DNA of 45,664 bases from an uncultured bacterium (GCA_948433885.1 CAOJEC010000005.1:1-45664); one strand, 5' to 3'; counted from the first letter of the stretch, positions 32,128 through 43,205 are shown. Numbers and translations: made by a program. Notes: a model not told the origin generated them from the sequence alone.

Positions 32128-33846
32128 ATGGATAAAAAGAAATACTATTCTCGAATATTTCATTATTTTAAAGATGAAAAAAAACTGATTTTTCTTTACT
32201 TGATAACATCCCTAATTTTGGTCGCGATCAATACTATCACGCCCGTCATTTCAGCAAAATTGATGACTGCTATCACCGAAGTTGCTTTGAACAGCATGAT
32301 ATTATTAGCTGCAATCTATGCGCTTTTTCATGCGATAGATTATTTGATCATGTATTTCAATAATCGCTGCTCTGCGATCATTCAAAATAAAGTAGAAATA
32401 AAAATAAAAGAAGATGTTTCGAAAGAACTATTCGAATTAGAAATGAAAAACTTCGATAAAGAAGGAACAGGATTTTTTGCCAACCGTATAGACGTCGAAC
32501 CTCGAGTGCTTGCAGGAATTTTTTCGAATATACGATACTACTTGATCAGTATCTTGACGTCCATAGGAGTACTCATCTTTATCGTGTATACGAATCCTAT
32601 CATTGGCCTATTTTTGATGTTCAGTTCGATGATCAACTTCTTCATTCAAAAAAATCGAATAAAACAATGGGAAGAAGAAAGAAAAAAGAGTAATGAAATG
32701 CACGAAAAATATGCGAGCGATTTTGGAGAATTGATACGCGGTATAAAAGATATCAAAGTTTTAAATCTCAAAAACTTTCTCATCGCCAAAACCACAAAAG
32801 AGCAAAAAGAAATAATTCTTTATGAGGATTCGATTGCTAAAAAGAACGAAAGGGTAAATGTGATTTCGAATTATGTGACGTTGATCATAAAATTTCTTTT
32901 CATTGTACTCGGAGTTGCACTTATAAAATATGACAATTTAAGCGGTGCTTCTTTCTTGATAATATATATGTATGAAAGTCGTGTATCGTATTTGATAAGC
33001 AACATAAACAGTCTATATCGTTATTATAAAGATTTTAATTTATCCTTAGAGAGACTTTATGAAGTAGTAGATGGAGTAAAGTATCCAAAAGAGAAATATG
33101 GAACAAAGAAAATTTCGAATATCAAAGGAAACATAAAATTTGAGAATGTAACTTTTAGCTATGATGAAACTCTAGTACTCAGAAATATTTCGTTCTCTAT
33201 CGAAGAATATCAAACGATAGGAATAGTAGGTAAAAGTGGTGCTGGAAAAAGCACGATTATCAATTTGATAAACAAACTCTATGACCTTCGTGAAGGTAGA
33301 ATACTGATCGACGATCACGATCTTTCAAAGATTACGGAAGAGTCTCTTAGAGAAAATATCACGACGATCACTCAAAATCCATATATATTCAATATGAGCA
33401 TCAAAGACAATTTGAAAATTGCCAATCCAAAAGCTAGCGACAAAGAAATTGCCGAAAAATGCAAACAATGTGCTTTAGATGAGTACATATCTTCACTAGA
33501 AAAGGGATATGACACCATGGTCGGTGAAAACGGTGTGATCTTGTCGGGTGGACTAAAACAAAGATTAGCTATTGCAAGAGCGATACTCAAAAACAGTAAG
33601 ATCATCATGTTAGATGAAGCGACGAGCAGTTTGGACAATGAAACTCAGGATTTCATCCATCACTCTATAAAGAAGATTAGAAAAGACTACACCATATTAA
33701 TCATTGCTCACCGACTCTCGACTGTGATCGACTGCGACAAGATTTTAGTCCTCAATGAAGGTAAAATAGTCGGCTTCGATACTCACGAAAACCTCGTCAA
33801 AAACAACAAATACTATCACAATTTGTATAAAAAAGAGTTGTCGTAA
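32128..33846 (+). CDS. ABC exporter, fused permease/ATP-binding protein
   Basis: TM domain; GKSGAGKS, LSGG, LDEATSSLD, IAHRLST; AAGAGG RBS before ATG 32128. Confidence 0.95.
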   Translation: MDKKKYYSRIFHYFKDEKKLIFLYLITSLILVAINTITPVISAKLMTAITEVALNSMILLAAIYALFHAIDYLIMYFNNRCSAIIQNKVEIKIKEDVSKELFELEMKNFDKEGTGFFANRIDVEPRVLAGIFSNIRYYLISILTSIGVLIFIVYTNPIIGLFLMFSSMINFFIQKNRIKQWEEERKKSNEMHEKYASDFGELIRGIKDIKVLNLKNFLIAKTTKEQKEIILYEDSIAKKNERVNVISNYVTLIIKFLFIVLGVALIKYDNLSGASFLIIYMYESRVSYLISNINSLYRYYKDFNLSLERLYEVVDGVKYPKEKYGTKKISNIKGNIKFENVTFSYDETLVLRNISFSIEEYQTIGIVGKSGAGKSTIINLINKLYDLREGRILIDDHDLSKITEESLRENITTITQNPYIFNMSIKDNLKIANPKASDKEIAEKCKQCALDEYISSLEKGYDTMVGENGVILSGGLKQRLAIARAILKNSKIIMLDEATSSLDNETQDFIHHSIKKIRKDYTILIIAHRLSTVIDCDKILVLNEGKIVGFDTHENLVKNNKYYHNLYKKELS

Positions 33847-33971
33847 TCAAAGTGTTAAATAGGCAGAGAATATCTTACCTATTTTTTTGATCTCACCATT
33901 TTCATATTTTTTTTTGTGTTAAGCAACATCGAAAAAAATATGTTATAATGACAAAAAGTGAGGTGGACGAG

Positions 33972-35579
33972 ATGAAAAAGGAAGTCGATAAAAAAGCGAG
34001 AAAGCTATTCGATGAAACGTTCAAAAAAGATTTATCAAGTGGAAAATTTAAAAGTCTTTTCTCTTATTTAAAAGATAACAAAGACAAATATGTCTTATCG
34101 ATTCGAACAAATTTTTTGACTCTATATAGTCATGGACGAAAATTGAACATCTCCAAAAATAATAACTACTATATCATCGAGTTTGATATGAACAATGCGG
34201 ATTATATAGTTTCACGTGATCCTAATCGTTTAGATGAAATTGTAAATGTCTTAGACAAATTGAATTTCGATACGACCGACTACCCATCTTGGAAAAAAAT
34301 GCGTACGGAATATCTTAATTCGTCAAAAAATGAAAAAACAAAATATGCAAAAAAACCTAAACTTATCTTCATGGCAAAAATTTCCCTAAAAGAAATAGAA
34401 GAATACGATTTCGAGTCATTGCTCGAAACAATATATCCTATATTCCGTTCCTATAGACTAGCGAGAGCAGAAGAAAACTTCAAACAATCTTGCATAGCAT
34501 TCTACAATTCTTTCGAAAAAGATTTGATTGTCATCGACTCGGAGTACAAACCAGCTTTCAAAACGAATGAAGAAGAACTCGATTACAAAAAATTATGCAT
34601 GCCTAACACGAGTGGCTTGCAACAATTCTTTAAGCCCGATCTCGTCGCCATTATTAAAGAAAACGATAAATATAAAACCTTATTTATCGAACTGAAAATC
34701 AACATCACTGCTTCGACTGGAAAAACGGCCAATATAATCGATCACATCATCGATTGGGAAAATTATAAAAACTTGTACACACATAGCCAATACGAAAAAA
34801 ACAACTTTGAACAATCGATAATTTATATGTTGAAATTTTTTGCTGAACACGGCTTGATCACATGTCATAATTTAGATGAAGTCATAGGTAAGATCGACTT
34901 CGACACGCCACCTGACATCAAAATCGTATGTGGTCTCACCGAAGAAACTGAAACCATGTTTATAGAAAAGTTACAAACTTTCATGAAGAGAACAACCCAA
35001 ATCGAATGGGAGAAATTGAACAAAGAAATTGTCGTCGGAAACGATTCTCCCGAGTTATTGTCTTTAAAAGGAACTCCTCTAAATGAATACATTCGTGAAG
35101 GCAAAAGCCAAGGTCACTATCGACTTTCATCGATAAAACAAGATATTTTAGAAATTGCCCCTATATATTTGGATGAAGAATACGATGAAAAAACGAAGAA
35201 ACAACTGCAAAGAGAATTGAATGAACTTTCAAATCGAAAATTACAAATACCTCTTCGACTGATCGACACTCTTGCCAAGCAAATCGATCTACTAGAATAC
35301 CCAATCGTATACGAAGGCCTCATGGAAGATTCTCTAATCGCTTATATACTTGGTTTGACGATGAAAAATCCCATGAAAGAAAACAAAAAATATTGTCCAT
35401 TCAAAGAAGATACAGCAAGGCTGTATGCACCCAAAGATGTCATCGAAAAGTTATTGACCTTTATAAAAGAAGAATATGGCGACGATATTACAATTGAAAA
35501 AATCGTAAATGGCAATCGTATAATGTACTACGGTTACAAAATAAAAATCGACCTCATAGAAAAAGAAATGTCGAAATAA
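33972..35579 (+). CDS. PD-(D/E)XK-like nuclease fused to a degenerate PolC/DnaE fragment
   Basis: IDSEY...KPDLVAI...FIELK nuclease pattern; C-terminal QLQREL...SLIAYILGLTMKNPM...FIKEEYGDD; GAGGTG RBS. Confidence 0.6.
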   Translation: MKKEVDKKARKLFDETFKKDLSSGKFKSLFSYLKDNKDKYVLSIRTNFLTLYSHGRKLNISKNNNYYIIEFDMNNADYIVSRDPNRLDEIVNVLDKLNFDTTDYPSWKKMRTEYLNSSKNEKTKYAKKPKLIFMAKISLKEIEEYDFESLLETIYPIFRSYRLARAEENFKQSCIAFYNSFEKDLIVIDSEYKPAFKTNEEELDYKKLCMPNTSGLQQFFKPDLVAIIKENDKYKTLFIELKINITASTGKTANIIDHIIDWENYKNLYTHSQYEKNNFEQSIIYMLKFFAEHGLITCHNLDEVIGKIDFDTPPDIKIVCGLTEETETMFIEKLQTFMKRTTQIEWEKLNKEIVVGNDSPELLSLKGTPLNEYIREGKSQGHYRLSSIKQDILEIAPIYLDEEYDEKTKKQLQRELNELSNRKLQIPLRLIDTLAKQIDLLEYPIVYEGLMEDSLIAYILGLTMKNPMKENKKYCPFKEDTARLYAPKDVIEKLLTFIKEEYGDDITIEKIVNGNRIMYYGYKIKIDLIEKEMSK

Positions 35580-35628
35580 AAACTTGATTAGAAATGCAGT
35601 TTAGCTGAAAGGAATGTAATCTAAGACT

Positions 35629-36840
35629 ATGGAAATTAAAATACTGAAAGGCACACATCAAATTGGTGGATGCATAACTGTCATCCAAACACGAACTACT
35701 AAAATAATTGTCGATTTTGGAGAAGATTTGACTCAAGAAGGAAAAAACACATTCGAAAAAAAAGAACTCTTAAAAGAAGTTTCCGATGCTGATGCGGTGT
35801 TCATTACACATAGTCATCTAGACCATGCCGGACTCGTAAATATCATTCCCAAAAATATACCGATCTACATGGAGAAAAACACAAAGACAATTCTCGATAT
35901 AGGAAGTGACTTTAGAATAAACAAACCACTCTCGAGAGAAGTCGATACATTCGAATTGTCCAAAAAGACGAACCCGATCTTTGTTGGAGATCTAAAAATC
36001 ACTCCTCACATAGTCGATCATTCATCGTACAATTCGTGCATGTTCGTGATCGAAGGGGAAGGTAAGAAAGTTTTACACACAGGTGATTATCGCAATCATG
36101 GAAGAAAGGGCAAGCTATTTTCTTCGACCCTCGATGCGATCGGCAAAGTGGACTGTCTCATAACAGAAGGAACTGCTCTTTCACGTCATAACAACGCTCA
36201 TTATAAAAGTGAAGTAGAGATAGAAAAAGAAGCCAAAGAAATCATGTCTAGATACGATCAAGTTTTCGTCTTATCGTCTTCTACCAATCTCGACCGTTTG
36301 GTGACTTTTTACAAGGCCAAACGAAATAAAAAGTTTGTCATCGATACTTTCACCGCGGCAATCACGAAAGCAATAGACTTTCCCGTCTCCCCCAAAAATG
36401 AAGATATTTATCAATGGACCCCATCTATTTACTTCAAGATCAAGACTGAAAAATTTAAAAAGAAATATATGAACAGTGAAGGAAATTATGACTTCTTACC
36501 AAACTATGTGATGCTCATAAAACAATCGATGCTAATAGATTTAAAAAAGCTTAAAAAAGCAGGGTTGGTCCAAAATGCTTGTTTGATCTATTCTATGTGG
36601 AGTGGTTATATCGAAAAAGAAAAAGGCTTATCTTCGATGCTCGATGAAATCGAAAAAATGGGAATAAAAATATACGAACTGCACACTTCGGGGCATGCCG
36701 ATCTAGATGCTATGAAACTCATGAATTCTAAACTTACTCCTCAAAAGACCGTCATAATTCACACTGAAAATTCCGAGAATTGCCAAAAAATATTTGACAA
36801 TGTAATAAATATAGATGATGGTGAAAATATCCTTCTTTGA
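35629..36840 (+). CDS. MBL-fold beta-CASP hydrolase (short RNase J-like)
   Basis: QIGG, VDFG, THSHLDH, VDHS, HTGDYR, EGT, HTSGHA, IIHTE motifs. Confidence 0.9.
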   Translation: MEIKILKGTHQIGGCITVIQTRTTKIIVDFGEDLTQEGKNTFEKKELLKEVSDADAVFITHSHLDHAGLVNIIPKNIPIYMEKNTKTILDIGSDFRINKPLSREVDTFELSKKTNPIFVGDLKITPHIVDHSSYNSCMFVIEGEGKKVLHTGDYRNHGRKGKLFSSTLDAIGKVDCLITEGTALSRHNNAHYKSEVEIEKEAKEIMSRYDQVFVLSSSTNLDRLVTFYKAKRNKKFVIDTFTAAITKAIDFPVSPKNEDIYQWTPSIYFKIKTEKFKKKYMNSEGNYDFLPNYVMLIKQSMLIDLKKLKKAGLVQNACLIYSMWSGYIEKEKGLSSMLDEIEKMGIKIYELHTSGHADLDAMKLMNSKLTPQKTVIIHTENSENCQKIFDNVINIDDGENILL

Positions 36841-36901
36841 TCAAATTGATGTTTGATAAGCGACTCTGCATTTGTTATAATAAACGCATGAGGCGAATTA
36901 T

Positions 36902-38026
36902 ATGAATGAAGAAAACTTTCCAGCTATTTTTATAACAGTATCAAGTGGATTATTGGCCTTTGCGAGCTATCAACTTTTCAAATTACACAAAGATGATCCT
37001 AAGGCATATTATAGAATAGAAATTTTACCAAAAGAAATTATGAGACCTAAGGCTGCAGTCGAACAAAAAATTGACAAAAGAGGTATCAAAAAAGACGCAA
37101 GTAAAGCAATTAACGAATTCATCTCGACGATTAAAGATCTCGGTTACGATGTTACTAGCATTTATGAAAAATTTCATCCTGATATGATAGAAGAAACACG
37201 AGGAGAAGATGCCGGCACGTACGATAGAAGAACCAACAAACTTCTCATCGATCCAAACGATGTTCGAAATTCTCTTCTACGTGCTTTTTTAGATATGTAT
37301 ACTTCTCGTGAATACATGACTTTTACAGTACGCGGATTTGAAAGAACAGTCTGTGCTAAAAAAATCCCATATAATACTATTGAAAGTGTTAGTACATTTG
37401 CTAGAGGACTGAACGAAGGATATAAAGACGTATTTTTACAAAGACATTTCGGTGTTCAACCGAAATATGAAGACCTTGCAAATATGGTGAGATTATCAGA
37501 AATAATCCTAGGTCAAAAAGAAATGGAAAAAATGTTTGTAAAAGGCGACACGTGCGCATTCAGTGATAATCTATGGATATCTTATAGAAAAAATATCGAT
37601 TCAAACCATCGTTGGAATATAGGAGAAAGAACTATATATATGATGGACAGACTCTATTCTCAAATATATCAAAGTGGATTACTAGGTACTTTTTTGTCGA
37701 CTAAGAGATTCAGTTCTTTCTTTACTGAACTGGCCGTATTTGCTATGAAAACTATAAATGAGAAAACAAGAAAGCTAGATAGAGAAATAGCACAAAGATG
37801 TTTCCATCCGGCAAATGATTATTTTTGGGAAGCACCGTTGATTGAATTCGAAAAATACAAAGCAAATGAATATTATACATCTCGTGAGTCGATCAAAAGT
37901 GAATATATGAAACTTAGAAACATCGTCGATGAATATCGCCAAAGCACGAAACTGAAACCTGCCGATTTGAGTAAACTACAAGATGCAGAGAAAAAATATC
38001 AAATATCACCTATACGTATAAATTGA
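36902..38026 (+). CDS. Hypothetical protein, N-terminal TM, degenerate zincin-like fold
   Basis: AGTYD..TNKLLI and RGLNEGY, but RAFLD where HExxH is expected. Confidence 0.55.
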   Translation: MNEENFPAIFITVSSGLLAFASYQLFKLHKDDPKAYYRIEILPKEIMRPKAAVEQKIDKRGIKKDASKAINEFISTIKDLGYDVTSIYEKFHPDMIEETRGEDAGTYDRRTNKLLIDPNDVRNSLLRAFLDMYTSREYMTFTVRGFERTVCAKKIPYNTIESVSTFARGLNEGYKDVFLQRHFGVQPKYEDLANMVRLSEIILGQKEMEKMFVKGDTCAFSDNLWISYRKNIDSNHRWNIGERTIYMMDRLYSQIYQSGLLGTFLSTKRFSSFFTELAVFAMKTINEKTRKLDREIAQRCFHPANDYFWEAPLIEFEKYKANEYYTSRESIKSEYMKLRNIVDEYRQSTKLKPADLSKLQDAEKKYQISPIRIN

Positions 38027-38037
38027 GGAGTGTAATC

Positions 38038-39813
38038 ATGACTTGGAACCTAGAAGAATTATACATTACTATAGAAGAATGTTATGAAAGCTTTGAGAAA
38101 ATAGATTCTCGCGTAGAAAATCTACGTCGATATTTCGATACTACATTTACAAAGGAAAATCTAAAAAGTATTTTAGATTAACTTTTCGTGTGCAAAGAGC
38201 TCGCGAACCAAGCCTTAGTCTATGGATCTTTGATGTTTTACAAAGATGCCAAAAACGAACAAATGATCGAATTGAAACGAACAGTAGAAAAGAAAAACGC
38301 CGATGTGACCGCGGCACTCGCCCCTTTAGAAGAAAAACTTGCAAATCTCGAAGACGAAGAATTTAGAATACTCTTTGAATCAAACGACGAACTCGCTGAC
38401 TACCGTCAATTCGTTTTCGATCTCAAAAGAAGAAAAAAACATACCATCACCACTGATAGAAAAACATCTCTTCAAAATGGTATAAACGATCTTTTAAAAA
38501 AGTACAATGATATATTGACGAACATATCACTTGGAACCATATCAGTGGAAGGAAAAGAAGTAGAACTCACACACGCGAATGCAGCAAAGTTCTTAGCTGC
38601 TCGCGATGGAGAAACGAGAAAAAATGCTTTCGAATCCTTGAACAAAGCCTATGAAGCAAAAGCAAATGAATTGGCCGATATTTTAAATGAAATCTATGCT
38701 GCTCGCGTAGAAATTTCCCAAATAGAAGGTTATCGAACTGTCGAAGAGCGTGCTCTCGACAATGAAAATATCCCTGTTACTGTCATCGATAATTTGTTGA
38801 AGGCAGTGCATCAAAATCGAGAATACTTACAAAGATATATGCAAGCGAAAGCGAAATTCATGAACATCGATGGCCCTCACCTCTATGACTTGGGTGTACC
38901 TCTAGACTTCGATATAAAAAGAGAGTTCCCTCTCGAAAAAGGATTAGAAGTCGCTAGATGGGCATTCGATATATTGGGAAGTGAATATTCGACACTTGTC
39001 GACGATCTCATAAATAGAGGTCACATCGATGCAGTCCCAGACGATCGAAAACACCAAACGATAACCTTTTCTTGGATGGGCTATTCTTTCTTGAATTACC
39101 ACGATTCGTACAACGATCTCAAAAATTTAGTTCACGAGATAGGACATAGCATAAACGATTCTCTTTCGCTCAATTTGCTTTATCCATATCGTATAAGCTC
39201 ACTCTTCGCCGGAGAAACCGCTTCTATAACGAACGAAATACTCTTGAATAGAAGCCTTTTGGATCATGCCGAAACTGACGAAGAAAAATGTTTCTACCTT
39301 GCTAAAGAGATAGATAATTTTGTCACGAGTGTATATCGACAAGCATTATATACTGAATTAGAACATATTCTCTACAGTAAAGCAGAAAGAGGAGAAGTTT
39401 TGGATGCAGACACAATTGGCACAACATATTTGAATTTGTTAAAACAGTATTATGGAGAAGACATCGTCTACGACGACTTGAGTGCTTTTGAATGGACGAG
39501 ATTGGGAAAATTATTTAGATGGTCTTACTATTCATACAATTATGCAACAGGACTTTTGATAGCCAATTCGATCTATTCGAAATTGAAAGACGGCTCTCTT
39601 CCCGTTCAAAAATACATCGACTTTTTGGCGTCGGGATCGAAAGAGTACTCGATTCCATTATTGGAAACTGTCGGAATAGACTTGTCAAATGACTCGGTAT
39701 GGAATAGAGGATTCGAAGTTCTCAAAGATGACATCGAGCAATTAGAAAGATTTCTTACAGTGAAAGAAAAACAAATGAAATTACAAGAAAAGAACGATGG
39801 CGAGACAAATTAA
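38038..39813 (+). pseudogene. pepF: Oligoendopeptidase F (M3B) with a premature TAA
   Basis: GAGGAG RBS, MTWNLEELY start, in-frame TAA at 38179-38181; HEIGH and ETAS..NE, YSYNYATG. Confidence 0.8.
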
Positions 39814-39944
39814 AATTGCCTCAAAAAAGAATTTATGCCAAAAAATGATAGAAATTCGACCCAAATCGAATTTTTTTTGCTTTTTGATGAGAAAAATCGC
39901 ATCTCGTCGGTATAATAATAAGTGAAGGATGATAGAAAGAAGGA

Positions 39945-41087
39945 ATGATGAAAAAAATTATTTTAGCACTTACATTTATCATATTTACTCCAGTATTGGC
40001 ACAAGAATACTCAGAATATGTCTATGTAGGAACTCAAGAAAGCCGTCCAATCGTCGATGAACTGACAAAATATGAACAAGTGAAATTTCACAAATACTAT
40101 TCACGAACTCAAGGGCCATCGATAATCTTAGATGCATACGATCCCGAAAAAGAGAAAAAAGACCATTGTGATGAAACCCCGATCAGTGAACAAACCGTAT
40201 ACTCTCTTCTACCGAGTGAAAATTATTCGAACGAAAATTGGATAATACTCCGCGGTCAAGACAATTATGAAGCCACTTCACTCAACTTAGAAAACATGGA
40301 TACGACCAATTTGAAAATACAAAAGATAACTATAAAACAAAACGACCGACCAATATCGATGATCGAACTATCTCAAAATGAAGAATTTATATCGATACCC
40401 ATAGAAAACATCGAACTTGACGATCTCGTAGTCGAATTGACTTACAAGTCGAATGGTATCAATAGAATAGTCTATACGTTAGAAGGTAATAGTCCTTCGC
40501 GAATAAGTATAATTACGACCCTCAAAGATGACAATGTGATGACTAGCATAAGAGGTCTATCTTTTGACAAACATACAGAATATGTCGAAAAACACGATCT
40601 TCCTAACAGCAAATATATAGAGCATTATATTTATCGAACACAAAGCTATTCTTGCTACGACTTTCAATTAGAATATCACGGTCAATTCGAAGATGATTAC
40701 TTGGAAGGATACACATACGATCCCTTAGAAGATGTAATCCTTTACAAAGTTTATAAAAGAACTAAAATAGAAGAACCATCGAATAAGAATGAAATTCCAA
40801 ATACGCCCGTGAACAAACCAGAAAAGCCAATAGAAGTAGTCCAAAAACCAAATCATTATGATTCACAGGAAGGATTGTATCCTAATCGAAATGAATCTAC
40901 TATTGTAGAAATAAAAGATGATCGACTCGCGTATCTCGACCATGAAAAAGAAGGATCGATGAAAGAAAATGTCGAAGAGCAAAAAAACTACGATGATTTA
41001 AAGGCGATCAAATTTGCAATCTTATTACTTATTATATTCGCTATTTTACATACTATACTGCTAATAAATGTAAACAAAGACAAATAA
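39945..41087 (+). CDS. Secreted/membrane-anchored hypothetical protein
   Basis: Signal peptide ending VLA, Pro-rich linker, C-terminal TM helix and basic tail. Confidence 0.7.
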   Translation: MMKKIILALTFIIFTPVLAQEYSEYVYVGTQESRPIVDELTKYEQVKFHKYYSRTQGPSIILDAYDPEKEKKDHCDETPISEQTVYSLLPSENYSNENWIILRGQDNYEATSLNLENMDTTNLKIQKITIKQNDRPISMIELSQNEEFISIPIENIELDDLVVELTYKSNGINRIVYTLEGNSPSRISIITTLKDDNVMTSIRGLSFDKHTEYVEKHDLPNSKYIEHYIYRTQSYSCYDFQLEYHGQFEDDYLEGYTYDPLEDVILYKVYKRTKIEEPSNKNEIPNTPVNKPEKPIEVVQKPNHYDSQEGLYPNRNESTIVEIKDDRLAYLDHEKEGSMKENVEEQKNYDDLKAIKFAILLLIIFAILHTILLINVNKDK

Positions 41088-41162
41088 AAATGACTTACAT
41101 TGTCGAATCGGTTTAAACACTTTTCAATATGCCCTATATTTTAGGCAGAAAGGAAAGATATT

Positions 41163-41783
41163 ATGCCAAGCGAAGTAATACTTGAAAATGAAAAGATGAT
41201 ATACAAGATGTCTTCTCAATTTTATGGAGTTGAAAAAGAAGACTTGATACAAGCAGGATTTTTAGGACTTACCAAAGCCTATAAAAATTTTGATCCGACT
41301 GTCGGAACGAAATTCAGCACTTATGCCTACGGATTCATATATGGAGAAATGTACGAAGCAGCCACAGGAAATCGACCTGTACGTGTACGTAAAAATGAAT
41401 TGAGAATTTATAAGGGAGTCAATCGAACGAAGGAACTTCTAGAAGAGAAATTGGGACGACCTGTCTCCCATGAAGAAGCATGTTCACACTTAGGAGTGGA
41501 CTATGGAACCTATTTGGCCATCTTGAATTCTCTAAGCGCCACAGTGAGCGTAGACGACACTGAGTTGAATTTGCGAGCCAAAGATAATAATCTCGACGAC
41601 ATGATAATGTTGAGAGATTCCTTGAATGCCTTGAATCCATTAGAAAGAAGCGTCATGACAAACCGTTACATGGAAGATAAAAGCCAAGACGAAACAGCCA
41701 AAGTATTGGGGCTAAGCCAGGTAAAGGTAAGCAGGATAGAAAAAGCCAGTCGTGAAAAGATGAAAAATTATATGACAAATTAG
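41163..41783 (+). CDS. sigF: Sporulation sigma factor (SigF/SigG family; SigF by synteny)
   Basis: EDLIQAG..GL.KA..NFD....KFSTYA...I.GE; SQDETAKVLGLSQVKVSRIE; precedes spoVAC. Confidence 0.7.
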   Translation: MPSEVILENEKMIYKMSSQFYGVEKEDLIQAGFLGLTKAYKNFDPTVGTKFSTYAYGFIYGEMYEAATGNRPVRVRKNELRIYKGVNRTKELLEEKLGRPVSHEEACSHLGVDYGTYLAILNSLSATVSVDDTELNLRAKDNNLDDMIMLRDSLNALNPLERSVMTNRYMEDKSQDETAKVLGLSQVKVSRIEKASREKMKNYMTN

Positions 41784-41812
41784 TATAAAGTTGGAAAATG
41801 TTACCCATAATG
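41783..41812 (+). promoter_or_regulatory. SigG-like forespore promoter for spoVA
   Basis: GTATA-18-CATAATG is close to the GHATA-18-CATAHTA consensus. Confidence 0.55.
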
Positions 41813-41826
41813 AAAGTGGTGATAAC

Positions 41827-42264
41827 ATGGATAAAAAAGAATACAACGATCTAGTCACATCGAAAAGTAAAAACCCTAACATCTTAGAAGATGCATTTAT
41901 CTCGTTTTTAGCAGGAGGAGTATTGGGTGCTTTCTACGAAATTCTAACTTGTTGGTACATCGAAATGTTCAACTTGACAGATCAAATTGCCCTTGGATGG
42001 TCTTGCTTGACCTTCATTGCAATTGCAGTCATTCTCACAGGATTTGCCGTATTTGACGACATAGTTGCCAAATTCAAGTTCGGCGTAATCATACCAATAA
42101 CCGGATTTGCTCACTCCGTAGCGAGTGCCTTGATAGATTATCGACGCGATGGTTTCATCACAGGATTGGGTGCAAATATGTTCAAATTGGCCGGAAGTGT
42201 CATACTGTTCGGTTCGGTGTCAGCATTTCTATTCGCGATTGTGAAGGTGATTATATATGGCTAG
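41827..42264 (+). CDS. spoVAC: Stage V sporulation protein AC
   Basis: SFLAGG, G.IIPITGFAHSV, G.GANMFKLAGSVI. Confidence 0.92.
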   Translation: MDKKEYNDLVTSKSKNPNILEDAFISFLAGGVLGAFYEILTCWYIEMFNLTDQIALGWSCLTFIAIAVILTGFAVFDDIVAKFKFGVIIPITGFAHSVASALIDYRRDGFITGLGANMFKLAGSVILFGSVSAFLFAIVKVIIYG

Positions 42265-43204
42265 TTTTAAATTCAAAAATGTATATTTAGGAGATACTTC
42301 TACCATTTCGGGTGTCAATGAGAAAATAAACACGAAATTTTCCATTTCCGACTACTTCGATGGAGAGAAGACGAGCGAAGATGCTGAAGTCAAAATGCAA
42401 AAAATCGTCTTAAAAGACATTTCTAAAAAGAACAAAATAGATGTCATGCTGAGTGCCGATCTTTCAAATCAAACGGGAATTTCCAACAAGGCTGCTTCCG
42501 AATTTCCAAATTCTCATTTGGGACTTTATAGTGCCTGTGCCTCGTTTGCAGAAGGACTAATTGTCGCTGGTTCGCTAATCGGATCTGCTCAAAACGTCCA
42601 AAATGCTTGTGTGACGGTAAGTTCACATAATTTATCTGCCGAGAGAACATTTCGCTACCCGATTGAATACGGTTCTCCAAGAAGAGTGACACAAAACTTC
42701 ACCGCAACAGGAGCGGCGGCTGCGATCGTCACCAAAGATCCTACGAACATAAAAATTGAATCGTGTACGATAGGAAAAGTGACCGATTATGGAATCAAAG
42801 ACGCCAACAACATGGGTGCTATCATGGCCCCTAGTGCTGCAAGAACGATCATAGAGCACTTGAACGACACGAAGAGATCTGCTAACTATTACGATCTCAT
42901 ACTGACAGGGGATTTGGGAACTTTGGGAAGTGAATTGATGATGACACTTCTAGAGAAAAATGACATTACATTGAAAAATCATATAGATGCCGGTGCTGAA
43001 TTGATCGTCGATAAAAAACTTACCGATCAAGGAGCAAGTGGACCGGTATGCTTACCACTTTACTTTATTGAAAAAGTTTTGAAAGAAAAAAAATACAAAC
43101 GCATACTCATCGTCGGAACGGGTGCTTTACAAAACCAAACTCTCGTCAATCAAAAAAACACACTTCCGAGTGTGAGTCATGCTGTTAGCATTGAGGTGAT
43201 ATAA
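42257..43204 (+). CDS. spoVAD: Stage V sporulation protein AD
   Basis: DLSNQ, GLYSAC, SSH..SAER.FRYP.EYG, NMGAIMAP, TGDLG. Confidence 0.95.
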   Translation: MASFKFKNVYLGDTSTISGVNEKINTKFSISDYFDGEKTSEDAEVKMQKIVLKDISKKNKIDVMLSADLSNQTGISNKAASEFPNSHLGLYSACASFAEGLIVAGSLIGSAQNVQNACVTVSSHNLSAERTFRYPIEYGSPRRVTQNFTATGAAAAIVTKDPTNIKIESCTIGKVTDYGIKDANNMGAIMAPSAARTIIEHLNDTKRSANYYDLILTGDLGTLGSELMMTLLEKNDITLKNHIDAGAELIVDKKLTDQGASGPVCLPLYFIEKVLKEKKYKRILIVGTGALQNQTLVNQKNTLPSVSHAVSIEVI

Positions 43205-43205
43205 A

